Assembly (NCBI RefSeq): GCF_000284115.1
Contig: NC_017080.1
Span: 1,560,001-1,592,000 of the forward strand
DNA: 32,000 bases
Source: Phycisphaera mikurensis NBRC 102666
GTDB lineage: Bacteria > Planctomycetota > Phycisphaerae > Phycisphaerales > Phycisphaeraceae
Reading direction: 5' to 3'
In this document: in pieces, positions 17,805 through 27,330 of the stretch
Numbering within the stretch: the stretch's first letter is position 1
Layout: each line of letters begins with the position of its first letter
Notes under the pieces: generated by a model
What the model was told of the DNA's origin: nothing
What the model saw: the letters and a program-made list of their open reading frames with translations, nothing else
Databases searched by the model: none
Made by a program: the position numbers and the translations under genes

Positions 17805-19136
17805 TCAGAGCAGGCGGACCAGCACCCCGTCCGCCACGAAGCGGCCGGCGTGCGTCAGCCGGAGCCGGCCGGCGGCCGCCTCGAGGAGGCCGAGCCGCCG
17901 GCAGTCCTGGAGGTGGTCGCGGCGCGGGTCGCCGGCGGGGAGTTCGGCTTCAAGGGATGCCGCGTTGACGCCCTCGGCGAGGCGGAGGCCGAGCATCAGG
18001 CGCTCGCCGAGCCGCCGGGCGGCGGGAAGCCGCTCGACGTCCACCCGCGGCGGCGGGCCGCCGCCGAGCAACGCGGCCTCGTAGGCGGGGAGATTGGGGC
18101 GGTTGCGGAAGCGGAGGCCGTCGAGGTGGCTGGCGGCGGCCGGTCCCAGGCCGAGCCAGCTCGCGTTGCGCCAGTAGTGCAGGTTGTGCTTGCACCGCAG
18201 GTCCCGCGCGCCGCGGCGCGCCCAGTTCGACAGCTCGTACTGCTCATAGCCGGCGGCGTCCAGCCGCTCCATCACCCGCGCGTACATCGCCCGCTGCAGG
18301 TCTTCCTCCACCTCGGCAACCTTCCCCACGCGGAGCCGGGCGGCGAGCGGGGTCTGCGGCTCGAAGGTGAGGCCGTAGGCGGAGAGGTGCTCGGGCTCGA
18401 GGCCGAGCAGGCGGTCGAGGTCGGCGTCGAGCATCGCGAGCGTCTGCCCGGGGATGGCCCAGATGAGGTCGAGCGAGACGTTGTCGAAGCCGGCGGCACG
18501 GGCGAGTTCGACGGCCCGGCCGACGCTCTCGGGGGCGTGCCAGCGTTCGAGGGCGGCGAGGCTGCCGCGGTCGAAGCTCTGGGCGCCGATCGACAGGCGG
18601 TCGACGCCGCCTCCCCGCAGCGCGGCGAGGACCGCGGGCGTGACGGTTTCGGGATTGGCCTCGGCGGTGAACTCGACGCACGCATCGAGGACGCCGCGAC
18701 GCCGGAGGTCGCCCAAGAGCGCCCGCCAATGCTCGGCGGCGAGCAGCGTCGGCGTGCCGCCGCCGGCGAAGGCCGTCCGCGGGCGGAGCGGGACACCGGC
18801 ACCGGCCCAGGCTCCCGCGGCGGCGTCGAGCTCGGCCCGGAGGGCGTCGGTGAAACGCCGCTGGGCCGACGCGAGCTCGCTCGGGGGCGCCACGACGCTG
18901 AAGAAGTCGCAGTAGTGGCACTTGTGGAAGCAGAAGGGCAGGTGCAGGTAGAGCCCGTCGACCGGCGTCGGCCGGTCGCCGTTGGGGATGAACGGCGCTT
19001 CGTCGGTCTCTTGCCGCTGCGGGGCCGCAGCGGTAGGCTCCGCCTCCGCGGGGCCGGCCGCCCGTGGCCCCGCCGCCGCTGCGCGGTGGCGGCTCCCGCC
19101 GGCCCCGCCCGGTGTCTCCGCCTGGAGTTCTCGCAT
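17805..19136 (-). CDS. hemW: Radical SAM coproporphyrinogen III oxidase-like / HemW heme chaperone family protein
   Basis: LYLHLPFCFHKCHYCDFFSV (CxxxCxxC), FAGGGTPTLLAAEHW, EFTAEANPETVTPAVLAALRGGGVDRLSIGAQSF, DLIWAIPGQT, YEQYELSNWARRG, CKHNLHYWRNASWLGLGPAAASHL. Confidence 0.9.
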   Translation of the reverse strand: MRELQAETPGGAGGSRHRAAAAGPRAAGPAEAEPTAAAPQRQETDEAPFIPNGDRPTPVDGLYLHLPFCFHKCHYCDFFSVVAPPSELASAQRRFTDALRAELDAAAGAWAGAGVPLRPRTAFAGGGTPTLLAAEHWRALLGDLRRRGVLDACVEFTAEANPETVTPAVLAALRGGGVDRLSIGAQSFDRGSLAALERWHAPESVGRAVELARAAGFDNVSLDLIWAIPGQTLAMLDADLDRLLGLEPEHLSAYGLTFEPQTPLAARLRVGKVAEVEEDLQRAMYARVMERLDAAGYEQYELSNWARRGARDLRCKHNLHYWRNASWLGLGPAAASHLDGLRFRNRPNLPAYEAALLGGGPPPRVDVERLPAARRLGERLMLGLRLAEGVNAASLEAELPAGDPRRDHLQDCRRLGLLEAAAGRLRLTHAGRFVADGVLVRLL

Positions 19137-19869
19137 GAAGCCCGTTCTGGTGATGTTCAAGGCCGACGGCAAGCGGCGGGAGTTCCCGCTCAAGCCCGGC
19201 ACCCACGTGATCGGCCGGCAGAAGACCTGCAAGCTGCGGATCCCGCTGCCGAGCGTGTCGCGCCGCCACGCGGAGCTGACCGTGACGCCCGGCGGCGAGG
19301 TCAGCGTACGCGACCTCGGGTCGAGCAACGGCACCTTCCGCAACGGCAGCAGCGTCGAGGAGTCCGTGCTCGAAGCCGGCGACGAGCTCCGCATCGGCCC
19401 GCTGGACCTCATCCTCGCCGACGCGGAGGAGACCGACGCGGTCCAGCCGCCCGCCGCCGGTGGCGGAGCGGCCGGGGCGATGACGCCGGCGCAGGAGGAG
19501 GAGAAGGAGAAGGATCCGGAGGATTCCGACGCCGCCGACGCCTTCCTGCTCGACGACGACTCGGTGGACCTCGGGCCGGTCGACCCCGCCGGCGAGTCCG
19601 TGAGCTCGCCCAGCCCGCTGGACGCGTCGGGCTCGGCCGCGGCGATCGAGCTCGAGGGCGGCGACGACGAGCCGCCCGCACCCAAGGCCGCTCCCCGCCC
19701 CGGGAAGAGCGCGGCACCCGACGACGACGACGACGACGAGGCGGACCTCGACGACCTGCTCGCCGGCTTCGGCAGAGGCGACGACGGCGACGGCGACGAC
19801 GGAGACGACAGCGAGTTCGACTTCCTCGCGGACGTCGAGGTCATCGACGACGACGACCCCAAGGCCTGA
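19135..19869 (+). CDS. FHA domain protein with long acidic C-terminal tail
   Basis: FKADGKRREFPLKPGTHVIGRQKTCKLRIPLPSVSRRHAELTV...VRDLGSSNGTFRNG; tail rich in D/E, including DDDDDDEADLDDL. Confidence 0.85.
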   Translation: MKPVLVMFKADGKRREFPLKPGTHVIGRQKTCKLRIPLPSVSRRHAELTVTPGGEVSVRDLGSSNGTFRNGSSVEESVLEAGDELRIGPLDLILADAEETDAVQPPAAGGGAAGAMTPAQEEEKEKDPEDSDAADAFLLDDDSVDLGPVDPAGESVSSPSPLDASGSAAAIELEGGDDEPPAPKAAPRPGKSAAPDDDDDDEADLDDLLAGFGRGDDGDGDDGDDSEFDFLADVEVIDDDDPKA

Positions 19870-19899
19870 GATCTGCGGCGGGATCCCGCCGCTTCGCCC

Positions 19900-21036
19900 A
19901 TGCGCCTCGACGACCTGATCACCGCCCTCGCGGGCATCGCGCCCGAGGCCAACGCCGGCTCGTGGGACCGGGTCGGCCTCCAGGTGGGCGACCCGGCGGC
20001 GGACGTCGCGGCGGGGATGCTCTGCATCGACCTCACGCCGGCGGTTGCCGCGGAGGCGGCGGCCGCTGGCTGCGGGCTGGTGGTCGCGTACCACCCGCCG
20101 GTCTTCGAGCCGCTGCGGAGCCTGCGGGCCGACGCGGGGTGGGCCCAGCGGCGGGTCTGGGACTGCGTCCACGCCCACCTGGCGGTCTACTCGCCGCACA
20201 CCGCGCTCGACGCGGTCCGCGGCGGGGTGTGCGACTGGCTGGCGGAGCGGTGCGGTGCGGGGGTTTCGGTGCCGCTGGAGCCGGCGGCGGCGGCGGGGGG
20301 GGCGGCGGCGGGCGGCTACAAGCTGGTCGTCTTCGTGCCCGCGGAGGCGGAGGCGGCTCTGCGGTCGGCGCTCTGGGCGGCCGGCGCCGGGGCCCAGGGC
20401 CGGTACGACCGCTGCTGGTTCTCCTCGGCCGGCGAGGGCGGGTTCCGCCCGCTGGAGGGGGCGGAACCCGCGATCGGCGCCGTCGGCGAGCAGGCGACGG
20501 TGGCGGAGCGGCGGGTCGAGGTGCTGGTGCCGGGCACGCGGCTTTCCGCCGTCCTGGCGGCGCTGCGGGCGGCGCACCCCTACGAGGAACCGGCCTTCGA
20601 CCTGCTGCGGCGTGAGCCCGAGCCGGCGGACCCGGCGACCCAGCCCGGGGCGGGGCGGCTGCTGACGCTCGCCGAGCCCGCGACGCTGGCGGAGCTCGCC
20701 GGGCGGGTCGGCCGCGCGCTCGGCGTGCCGCTGAAGGTCGGCGGCGACCCGGGCCTGCGGGTCGGCACCGTCGCCGCCTGCCCGGGCTCGGGCGGCAAGC
20801 TCTTCGAGGGCGTGGACGCGGACCTGTACCTCACCGGCGAGATGCAGCACCACCAGGCGCTGGACCTGGTGCAGCGGGGGCGGGGCGTGGTGCTCGGGGG
20901 GCACACGAACACCGAGCGGCCGTACCTGCCGGTCTACCGCGAGAAGATCCGAGCGACGGCGGCGGGCGCCCTCCGCTGGGAGATCAGCGAAGCCGACGCC
21001 GCGCCGCTGCGGTGGGACGCCGCGGGAGCGCGGTGA
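19900..21036 (+). CDS. Nif3-like dinuclear metal center protein (DUF34 / GTP cyclohydrolase I type 2 family)
   Basis: RLDDLITALAGIAPEANAGSWDRVGLQVGDP; VVAYHPPVFEPLRSL; VYSPHTALDAVRGGVCDWLA; YLTGEMQHHQALDLVQRGRGVVLGGHTNTERPYL. Confidence 0.9.
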   Translation: MRLDDLITALAGIAPEANAGSWDRVGLQVGDPAADVAAGMLCIDLTPAVAAEAAAAGCGLVVAYHPPVFEPLRSLRADAGWAQRRVWDCVHAHLAVYSPHTALDAVRGGVCDWLAERCGAGVSVPLEPAAAAGGAAAGGYKLVVFVPAEAEAALRSALWAAGAGAQGRYDRCWFSSAGEGGFRPLEGAEPAIGAVGEQATVAERRVEVLVPGTRLSAVLAALRAAHPYEEPAFDLLRREPEPADPATQPGAGRLLTLAEPATLAELAGRVGRALGVPLKVGGDPGLRVGTVAACPGSGGKLFEGVDADLYLTGEMQHHQALDLVQRGRGVVLGGHTNTERPYLPVYREKIRATAAGALRWEISEADAAPLRWDAAGAR

Positions 21037-21551
21037 CCGAGCACGCCTGGGTGGCGCTGGGGTCGAACCTGGGCGACCGCGGCGCGCACCTGCTTGCGGC
21101 GTGCCGCCGGCTCGCCGCGGCTCCGGGCGTGGCGAGCCTCGTGCGGGGGCCGTTCCGGGAGACGCCGGCGCTGGTGCTCCCGGGGACGCCGCCGCAGCCG
21201 GCGTACCTCAACGCGGCGGCGCGCCTGGAGACGACGCTGGGCCCCGCGGCGTTGCTGGACCGGCTGCAGGCGGTCGAGGCGGCGCTGGGGCGGCCGGCGG
21301 GTTCCGGCCGCGGGGTGTGGGCGCCGCGGACCGTCGACCTGGACCTGCTGTTCCACGGGCGGTCCGCGGCGTCGGACGCCCGGCTCACGCTGCCGCACCC
21401 GCGATGGGCCCGGCGGGCCTTCGTCCTGCTCCCGATCCTGGACGTGGAGCCGGGCTTCGTCAGCCCCGAGCCGCGGCCGCGGGCGGCGGGCCGCCTGCTG
21501 CGCGGGCTCTGGGGTGCAACGAGCGCCGCGTCGACGCCGCCGCCCGCCTGA
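21033..21551 (+). CDS. folK: 2-amino-4-hydroxy-6-hydroxymethyldihydropteridine pyrophosphokinase
   Basis: HAWVALGSNLGDRGAHL; YLNAAARLETTLGPAALLDRLQAVEAALGR; WAPRTVDLDLLFHG; LTLPHPRWARRAFVLLPILDVEP. GTG start overlaps the upstream stop. Confidence 0.9.
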   Translation: MTEHAWVALGSNLGDRGAHLLAACRRLAAAPGVASLVRGPFRETPALVLPGTPPQPAYLNAAARLETTLGPAALLDRLQAVEAALGRPAGSGRGVWAPRTVDLDLLFHGRSAASDARLTLPHPRWARRAFVLLPILDVEPGFVSPEPRPRAAGRLLRGLWGATSAASTPPPA

Positions 21552-21567
21552 GTCGGAGGCACCGACG

Positions 21568-23016
21568 CTACGCCGGGGGCTCCGCGGCACGGGGCTCCGC
21601 GTCGCCCTCCCGTGGCAGCAGCGGGCGGAGCCGCCGCCAGAGCCGCTCGGCGGCGTCGCGACGGTGGGCCCGGCCCGCGGCGTCCTCGCGGGCGAAGACC
21701 CGCAGCAGCCGGTTGCGGAGCACGCGGTGCAGGGGCAGCGGGCCGGCGGGGTCGAAGCGCGCGACCTCGGTGAGCAGCGGGTCGAGGCCGGCGTCGAGCA
21801 GCGCGATCAGCGGGCCCGCGGGCGCACCCGGCGGGAGGTGGCGGCGGGCCACCGAGACGAGCTCGGGCACGGCCGCGGCGACGAGGCGGCGGCGGGCCGC
21901 GGCGGCTCCGGCCACGGCGGCGGCGAAGGCGTCGAGCGCCTTCTGCGGCGGCGGGGCCGACGGGCGGAAGCTCTCGCGGAGGCGGCCCGCCTCCAGGCCG
22001 GCGTCGCGGCAGGCGGCGGCGAGGCGCCGCGCCTCCGCCGGCCCCGGCGGCGCGGCCGCGAGCACCGCCGCGAGCGGACCGGGCAAGCCCGGCGGGAGCG
22101 GGGCGGGGTGGCGCGGCGGGGCGTCCTCCTCCGCCGGCGGCCGACCCGCCGGGGCCGGGGCGAGCCGCAGCGGCAGCCGCAGCGCGACCGCCGCCCGGTG
22201 GGAAGCCAGCGCCCGCCGCACCGCGGCGGGCTTGAGGCCCAGCCGGGCCGCCGCGGCGGTGATCGGCTCGCCGCGGCGGCCGGCGCGGCGGATTTCCCGC
22301 AGCCTCCCGCGATCCAGCGGCCGACGCGTGGCGGGGAAGACCGCCGCCTCGCCCCGGCCCACCCGCTGGGCCTCCTCCCGCAGCAGAAGCTGGCGGACGG
22401 TCTCGTGGGCGCGGCCCAGCCCGGCCGCGATCTGTGCGGCCGCCGCCGAGAGCGACGCCCCGCCCGCGGCCAGCTCGCCGGCCCGCCGCAGCGCCTCCGC
22501 CCGGTCCGCCGCGGGCAGCTGCGAGAAGCCGGCCGCCGCCTCCAGCCGCCCGGGGAAGGACCGGCGGTGGTGCTCGATCGCCTCGTGCGTGAAGCCGATC
22601 TGCCGGCGGGCGGCGCCGCGCGGGGCGAGCCAGCGCCAGCGGAGCCCGTCCTTCCGCCAGCGGGCGAGCGTGCGCGGTGCCACCCCCAGAGCCGCCGCCC
22701 AGTCGTCGGCCACGCGGGAGCGCGGCGGGTCCGGCGGCAGGTCCAGCCCGCGGGACAGCGTGTCGATCAGCTTCCGCAGGTCGGCTCCGACGGCCGCGCC
22801 GGCGAGCAGCGCCGCGTCGCCGCGGTCCCGACGCAGGCCCGAAAGGCGGAAAGCGAGGTAGTCCACCGGGTAGGTGGCGTCGCCCTCGAGGCTGTCGTGC
22901 AGGGCCTCGGCCCGCAGCAGCACCGCCTCGCGTTCCGCCGCGTCGCGGCCGAGCAGGCCCGGGGCGAGGTCGGCCAGCGGGCGGCAGGCCAGCGCCGGCA
23001 CCGCCGGAGGCCTCAC
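21568..23016 (-). CDS. Putative sigma-70-like / multi-HTH regulatory protein
   Basis: Frame open from GTG 23016 for 482 aa; C-terminal RRRLVAAAVPELVSVARRHLPPGAPAGPLIALLDAGLDPLLTEVARFDPAGPLPLHRVLRNRLLRVFARED resembles sigma-70 region 2; several HTH-like segments (SLSAAAAQIAAGLGRAHETVRQLLL; PITAAAARLGLKPAAVRRAL). Confidence 0.55.
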   Translation of the reverse strand: MRPPAVPALACRPLADLAPGLLGRDAAEREAVLLRAEALHDSLEGDATYPVDYLAFRLSGLRRDRGDAALLAGAAVGADLRKLIDTLSRGLDLPPDPPRSRVADDWAAALGVAPRTLARWRKDGLRWRWLAPRGAARRQIGFTHEAIEHHRRSFPGRLEAAAGFSQLPAADRAEALRRAGELAAGGASLSAAAAQIAAGLGRAHETVRQLLLREEAQRVGRGEAAVFPATRRPLDRGRLREIRRAGRRGEPITAAAARLGLKPAAVRRALASHRAAVALRLPLRLAPAPAGRPPAEEDAPPRHPAPLPPGLPGPLAAVLAAAPPGPAEARRLAAACRDAGLEAGRLRESFRPSAPPPQKALDAFAAAVAGAAAARRRLVAAAVPELVSVARRHLPPGAPAGPLIALLDAGLDPLLTEVARFDPAGPLPLHRVLRNRLLRVFAREDAAGRAHRRDAAERLWRRLRPLLPREGDAEPRAAEPPA

Positions 23017-23849
23017 GGCGTCACCGCCGCGGCGGGCAGGCCGAGCAGGTCGCGCTCGGCGTTCTCGATCAAGCCCAGGCGGCCGAGTTCGGCGCCGAAG
23101 CGGCGCACGGCGGCGAGCTGCTCGGGCCCGGTCTCGTAGCAGAGGATGCGGCCGAGGTACGCCTCGGCCAGGCCCGCCGGCCAGCCGAGGCCGGCGGCGT
23201 GGCGGCGGACGAGTTCGGGCACGCGGGCGAGGTTGCGGGCCCTCACCGCCTCCATCCGGCGCTCCAGCCGCGACGGCAGCGCCGCCCGGGGCGTCAGCCA
23301 CCCGGCGAAGAGGAAGGGCAGCCCGAAGGCGCGGGCCCACGCCCCGCCGAGGTCGAGCTGGTGCGGGTACAGCTCCGCCGGCGGCTCGTGCGTGACCACC
23401 TTGTCGCCGATCAAGAGCGCCGCCTCGTGCCCGCCGGGCACCGCCTCGGCCAGGTCGGCGTCGCGCATCTCCTCGGGCTCGAGCGCGGGGACGCGGCCCA
23501 GCCGCCGGTGCAGCAGCACGCGGAGCAGGCCCACCGAGGTGTGGCTGTCGCGGTCGACGGCGACGCCGCGGAGGTCCTCCAGCGGCACGCGGCTGAACAG
23601 CCGGACGGTGAGCGTGTCGCCGCGGCAGCCGATGCCGCCGACCGGCAGCAGCCGCAGCGGGACCGGGCTGCGGAACAGGTCGATGACCGGGCACAGCGCC
23701 GCGTCGAAGCGGCCGTCCACGAGGCCGGCGAGCAGGCTGGAGGGCACGCCGAGCTCCACCCGGAGGCCGTCGCACGCGAGGCCGTCGATCAGCGGCTTCG
23801 CGTTGAGGTACGAGACGCAGCCGAGCGTGGTGGGGCGGTCGACGGCCAC
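23013..23849 (-). CDS. mqnA: Menaquinone biosynthesis protein MqnA (chorismate dehydratase, futalosine pathway)
   Basis: GCVSYLNAKPLIDGL, VELGVPSSLLAGLVDGRFDAALCPVIDLFR, GIGCRGDTLTVRLFSRVPLEDLRGVAVDRDSHTSVGLLRVLL; DLGGAWARAFGLPFLFAGWLTP. Confidence 0.88.
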   Translation of the reverse strand: MAVDRPTTLGCVSYLNAKPLIDGLACDGLRVELGVPSSLLAGLVDGRFDAALCPVIDLFRSPVPLRLLPVGGIGCRGDTLTVRLFSRVPLEDLRGVAVDRDSHTSVGLLRVLLHRRLGRVPALEPEEMRDADLAEAVPGGHEAALLIGDKVVTHEPPAELYPHQLDLGGAWARAFGLPFLFAGWLTPRAALPSRLERRMEAVRARNLARVPELVRRHAAGLGWPAGLAEAYLGRILCYETGPEQLAAVRRFGAELGRLGLIENAERDLLGLPAAAVTP

Positions 23850-23962
23850 GGCTTAGCGTACGGAGGCGGGGGCGTCGGCTGCGCCGCGGACCGTCGGCGA
23901 TCCGGCGCCGAACCGGCCGCGGTCCGCGGATCCGCCGGGCCCGAGCTCCGTACGCTTGGCCG

Positions 23963-26900
23963 ATGCAGTTGCGACCGGCTCCTTCCTTCCTGTTCGTGGC
24001 GGCGCTCGTGCTGACGGGTTGCGCCGCTTCGCCCTCGGATGGCGGGGCGTCCGCGTCGGGCGGCTCCGGGGAGCGGGCGCTGCCGCCGACGGCGACGCCG
24101 CCGGCGCGCGGCGAAGCGGGGGGTGTCGGCGCGGCCGGCGCGGCGGCCGAGGCGGAGCCCGACGGCCGGCCGCGCCCGGGGCTGGAGCCGCCGCCGGGGC
24201 TCGACGCGGCGGCGCTGGCGCCGCTCGAAGGCGAAGCCCTCGCCGCCGCGCAGCTGCCGCTGGCGGAGATCCGGGCGGGCCTGCCCGAGCCCGTCGCCGG
24301 CGACGCCGCCGCGGCTTCCTCGGGCGAGCCGCCGCTGCAGGCGCAGCGCCTCTTCGGGCGGGCCCAGCAGGCCCTGCTGGAGAACGACCACGCCGAGGCC
24401 GTGCAGATGCTCGAAGCGGCCGCGCGGCTCGCGCCCGGCCAGCCGCGGATCCTCCGCGAGCTCGCGCGGGGGTGGCTCGCGTTGGGCAACCGGCCCCGGG
24501 CGGTGCAGCACCTCCGCGAGGCGGTCCGCCGCCGGCCGGACGACCACGCGTCGCGGCTGCTGCTCGGCCAGCTGCTCGTCGACGCGGGCGAGCCGCAGGC
24601 GGGCCTCGCCGAGCTGCTGCTCGTGGCCGACGCCGCGGACGCCGCGGACCCGGCGCTCCGGCCGCTCGCCGCCTTCCAAGCCGGCCGGACGCTGGTGACG
24701 ATGGACCGGCTCGCCGCTGCAGTCGGCTTGTTCGGCGTCTACCGCGACGCGTCCCGCGAGGGGATGCGGGCCTCCCGCACCGGGGCCGCGCTGCTGGACG
24801 TTGACCGCGTCGCCGCCGGGCACCTGGCCCGCGAGGGCGATCTGCGGGCGCGCCTCGGCGATCCCCGCGGGGCCGCCGACGCCTACGACGCCGCCGTCGC
24901 GGCGCTGCCGGCCCGGGAGGACGGCAGCGCCGGCGTGCCGCTCGACCCGCAGCTGGTCGGCCGCCTCGTCTGGGCGGACCTGCGTCTCGGCCGCGACGCC
25001 TCGGCCCGGGAGCGGCTGGTCGGCTACACCGAGCGAACGGGCGCGGCGCCGGCGGCGCTGGCGCTGGTGGCGTGGGCGGTGGAGGCCGGGCTGCCGGGCG
25101 GGCCGATGGTGGCGGAGTTGCGGCGGTTGGAGGAGTCGGGCGCGGCGATGGCCGATCCCGCGGCGGTGGCGCTCGCGCTGGCGGTGTCGCTGCCGCGGGA
25201 GGAGGCCGTCGCGCTGCTGCGGGAGCGGCAGCAGGCCGCCGGCTTCGAGCCCCGGGTGTACGACGCGCTGCTCGGGCTGCTGCTCGAGGAGGAGGCCGGC
25301 GCGGCGGGGCGCAGCGCCGCGGTCGAATTGGTGATGGAGACGCTGCGGTCGACCCCGCGGCGCGGCTACCTCGCCGTCGCCAGCTGGTTCCGCCGCGCCG
25401 GCGGGCCCGCGGCGGCGGCGGCGGCGGTCGCCGCCACGCCCGCCGCCGCGGCGGAGGACGACGCCGCGGCCTTGACGCTGCGGGCGGTGGTGGAGCGTCA
25501 GCTCGCCGGCGACGGCCTCGGCGAGGCCCCCGCCGCCGCGGGCGAGGCCGGCGGGGCCGGCGAGGAAGCGTCCGCGCCCGCGGGCCCGGAGCCCGCCGTG
25601 GAGGCCCCGCTCGCGCAGCTCGCCCGGGCGGTCGAGCTGCAGCCCGACCTGGCTCTCGCCCGCGTCGAGCGGGCCCGGCTGCTCGGCGTCGCGGGCCGCC
25701 ACGCCGAGGCCCTCGCCGAGCTCGACGCCGTCGCGGAGGGCGTCGAGGACCCGCGGATCCCGCGTCTCCGCGTGGGCCTGCTGCTCGCCGACGGACGGCG
25801 GGACGAGGCCGCGGCGGCCCTGGACCGCCTCGTCGTGGAGAACCCGCGCGACCTCACGCTCGTGCTGCAGCGGGCCCAGCTCCTCGCCGCCAGCGGCGAC
25901 GCGGCGGGGGCCGAGCGGGCGCTGCTGGACGCGCTCGCGGCCAACCCCAGAGCCGAGCCGCTGTACGCCGCGTTGCTCCGCCTCTACGACGACGCCCGTC
26001 TGGGGCCGACGCTGCCGGACTACCCGCAGAACTACGAGCGGCTCCGCCGCCGGATCTTCCAGGAGATCCCCGAGACCCGCGTCGCCCGCCTCACCGCCGC
26101 CGCGTACCTGGAGGCCAGCGGCGACAACGACCAGGCCCGCCGCGTGCTCACCGAGCTGCTCGAGGCCAACCCCAACGACCGCGAGGCGCAGTTCCTGCTG
26201 CTCGACGTGCTGCGCGACCTGGGCGACGCCGCGGCCGCGGACGCTCTGGTCGAAGACCTGCTCGCCGCCGGCCGCGACGCGCCGGCCCTGGTCGCCGCGC
26301 GCGACCACTACGCCCGCACCGGCAATCGGCCCAAGCTGCTCGACGCGCTCCGCGGCCTGCGGGACCTGCAACCCGAAGGCTTCGCCCGCGACTTCGCCAC
26401 CGCCCGGATCCAGCTGCTCGACGAGGACTTCGCGGGCGCCGCCGAGACGGCGGCCGGCGTGCTCCCGGGGCCCACCGACGCGGAGAGCCTCGCCGCGACC
26501 GAGGTGCTCGTCGCGGCGGCCTCGGAGCTGCCGGCGGCCGAGGCCGTCCCGCTGCTGGTCGCCGCCCGGGACGCCTCCCCGGTGGTCGCCGCCGTGGTCG
26601 CCTACGCCCTCGCCGACGCGTACGACCGAGACGGCCGCCCGGAGGAGGCCGAGGCCACGCTGCTGGAGGCGCTGGAGGCTTCGCCCAACGATGCCCAGCT
26701 CAACAACGCCATCGGCTACCGCTGGGCGTACCGCGGGGTCCGGCTCGAGGAAGCCGAGCGCCTGATCGGCCGGGCCGTCGCGGCCGAGAGCGACAACCCG
26801 GCGTACCTCGATTCGCTGGGCTGGGTGCTGTACCAGCAGGGCCGTTTCGAGGAGGCCATGCACTGGCTCGACGAGAGCCGCGAGAAGCCCGGCGGCCAGA

Positions 26901-27328
26901 ACCCGGTGATCCTGCTGCACGCCGGCGACACGCTGCACCGGCTCGGGCGGACCGACGAGGCGGTGGACGCTTGGTCGGAGGCGCTTGCGAACGCCGCCGG
27001 CCTGGACGAGCGTCTCGACCCCGAGCTGGTCGGCATCGGCGACCGGCTCCAGGCGCGCATCGACGCCGCCGACGGCGCCGAGCCGGGCGTGGCCGTCCCC
27101 GTCGCCCGCACCGGGGCCGAACCCGGCGAGGCCGGCTCCGACGTGCCCGTCCCGGTCGCCCCGCCGGCGGAGCCCGAGGCGCCCGCTTCCCAGGAGGAAC
27201 CGGCGCAGGCGGTGGAGGCCGGGGACGCGGAGCCCGAGGCCGCCACGCCGCAGGAGGGCGTGGAGCCGACCTCCGAGCGGGTGGCCCCGCTGCCGCCCGC
27301 CCCGCCGGCCCCGCCCGCGAGCGACTAG
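23963..27328 (+). CDS. Large TPR-repeat lipoprotein
   Basis: Lipobox LVLTGCAASPS; multiple TPR-like segments (NDHAEAVQMLEAAARLAPGQPRILRELARGWLALGNRPRAVQHLREAVRRRPDD; SLGWVLYQQGRFEEAMHWLDESREKPGGQNPVILLHAGDTLHRLGRTDEAVDAW). Confidence 0.85.
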   Translation: MQLRPAPSFLFVAALVLTGCAASPSDGGASASGGSGERALPPTATPPARGEAGGVGAAGAAAEAEPDGRPRPGLEPPPGLDAAALAPLEGEALAAAQLPLAEIRAGLPEPVAGDAAAASSGEPPLQAQRLFGRAQQALLENDHAEAVQMLEAAARLAPGQPRILRELARGWLALGNRPRAVQHLREAVRRRPDDHASRLLLGQLLVDAGEPQAGLAELLLVADAADAADPALRPLAAFQAGRTLVTMDRLAAAVGLFGVYRDASREGMRASRTGAALLDVDRVAAGHLAREGDLRARLGDPRGAADAYDAAVAALPAREDGSAGVPLDPQLVGRLVWADLRLGRDASARERLVGYTERTGAAPAALALVAWAVEAGLPGGPMVAELRRLEESGAAMADPAAVALALAVSLPREEAVALLRERQQAAGFEPRVYDALLGLLLEEEAGAAGRSAAVELVMETLRSTPRRGYLAVASWFRRAGGPAAAAAAVAATPAAAAEDDAAALTLRAVVERQLAGDGLGEAPAAAGEAGGAGEEASAPAGPEPAVEAPLAQLARAVELQPDLALARVERARLLGVAGRHAEALAELDAVAEGVEDPRIPRLRVGLLLADGRRDEAAAALDRLVVENPRDLTLVLQRAQLLAASGDAAGAERALLDALAANPRAEPLYAALLRLYDDARLGPTLPDYPQNYERLRRRIFQEIPETRVARLTAAAYLEASGDNDQARRVLTELLEANPNDREAQFLLLDVLRDLGDAAAADALVEDLLAAGRDAPALVAARDHYARTGNRPKLLDALRGLRDLQPEGFARDFATARIQLLDEDFAGAAETAAGVLPGPTDAESLAATEVLVAAASELPAAEAVPLLVAARDASPVVAAVVAYALADAYDRDGRPEEAEATLLEALEASPNDAQLNNAIGYRWAYRGVRLEEAERLIGRAVAAESDNPAYLDSLGWVLYQQGRFEEAMHWLDESREKPGGQNPVILLHAGDTLHRLGRTDEAVDAWSEALANAAGLDERLDPELVGIGDRLQARIDAADGAEPGVAVPVARTGAEPGEAGSDVPVPVAPPAEPEAPASQEEPAQAVEAGDAEPEAATPQEGVEPTSERVAPLPPAPPAPPASD

Positions 27329-27330
27329 AG

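Noticed and set aside
17850-20615. 921 aa plus-strand ORF antisense to hemW and over FHA/Nif3
   Set aside because: Conflicts with strongly supported genes in other frames; composition artefact.
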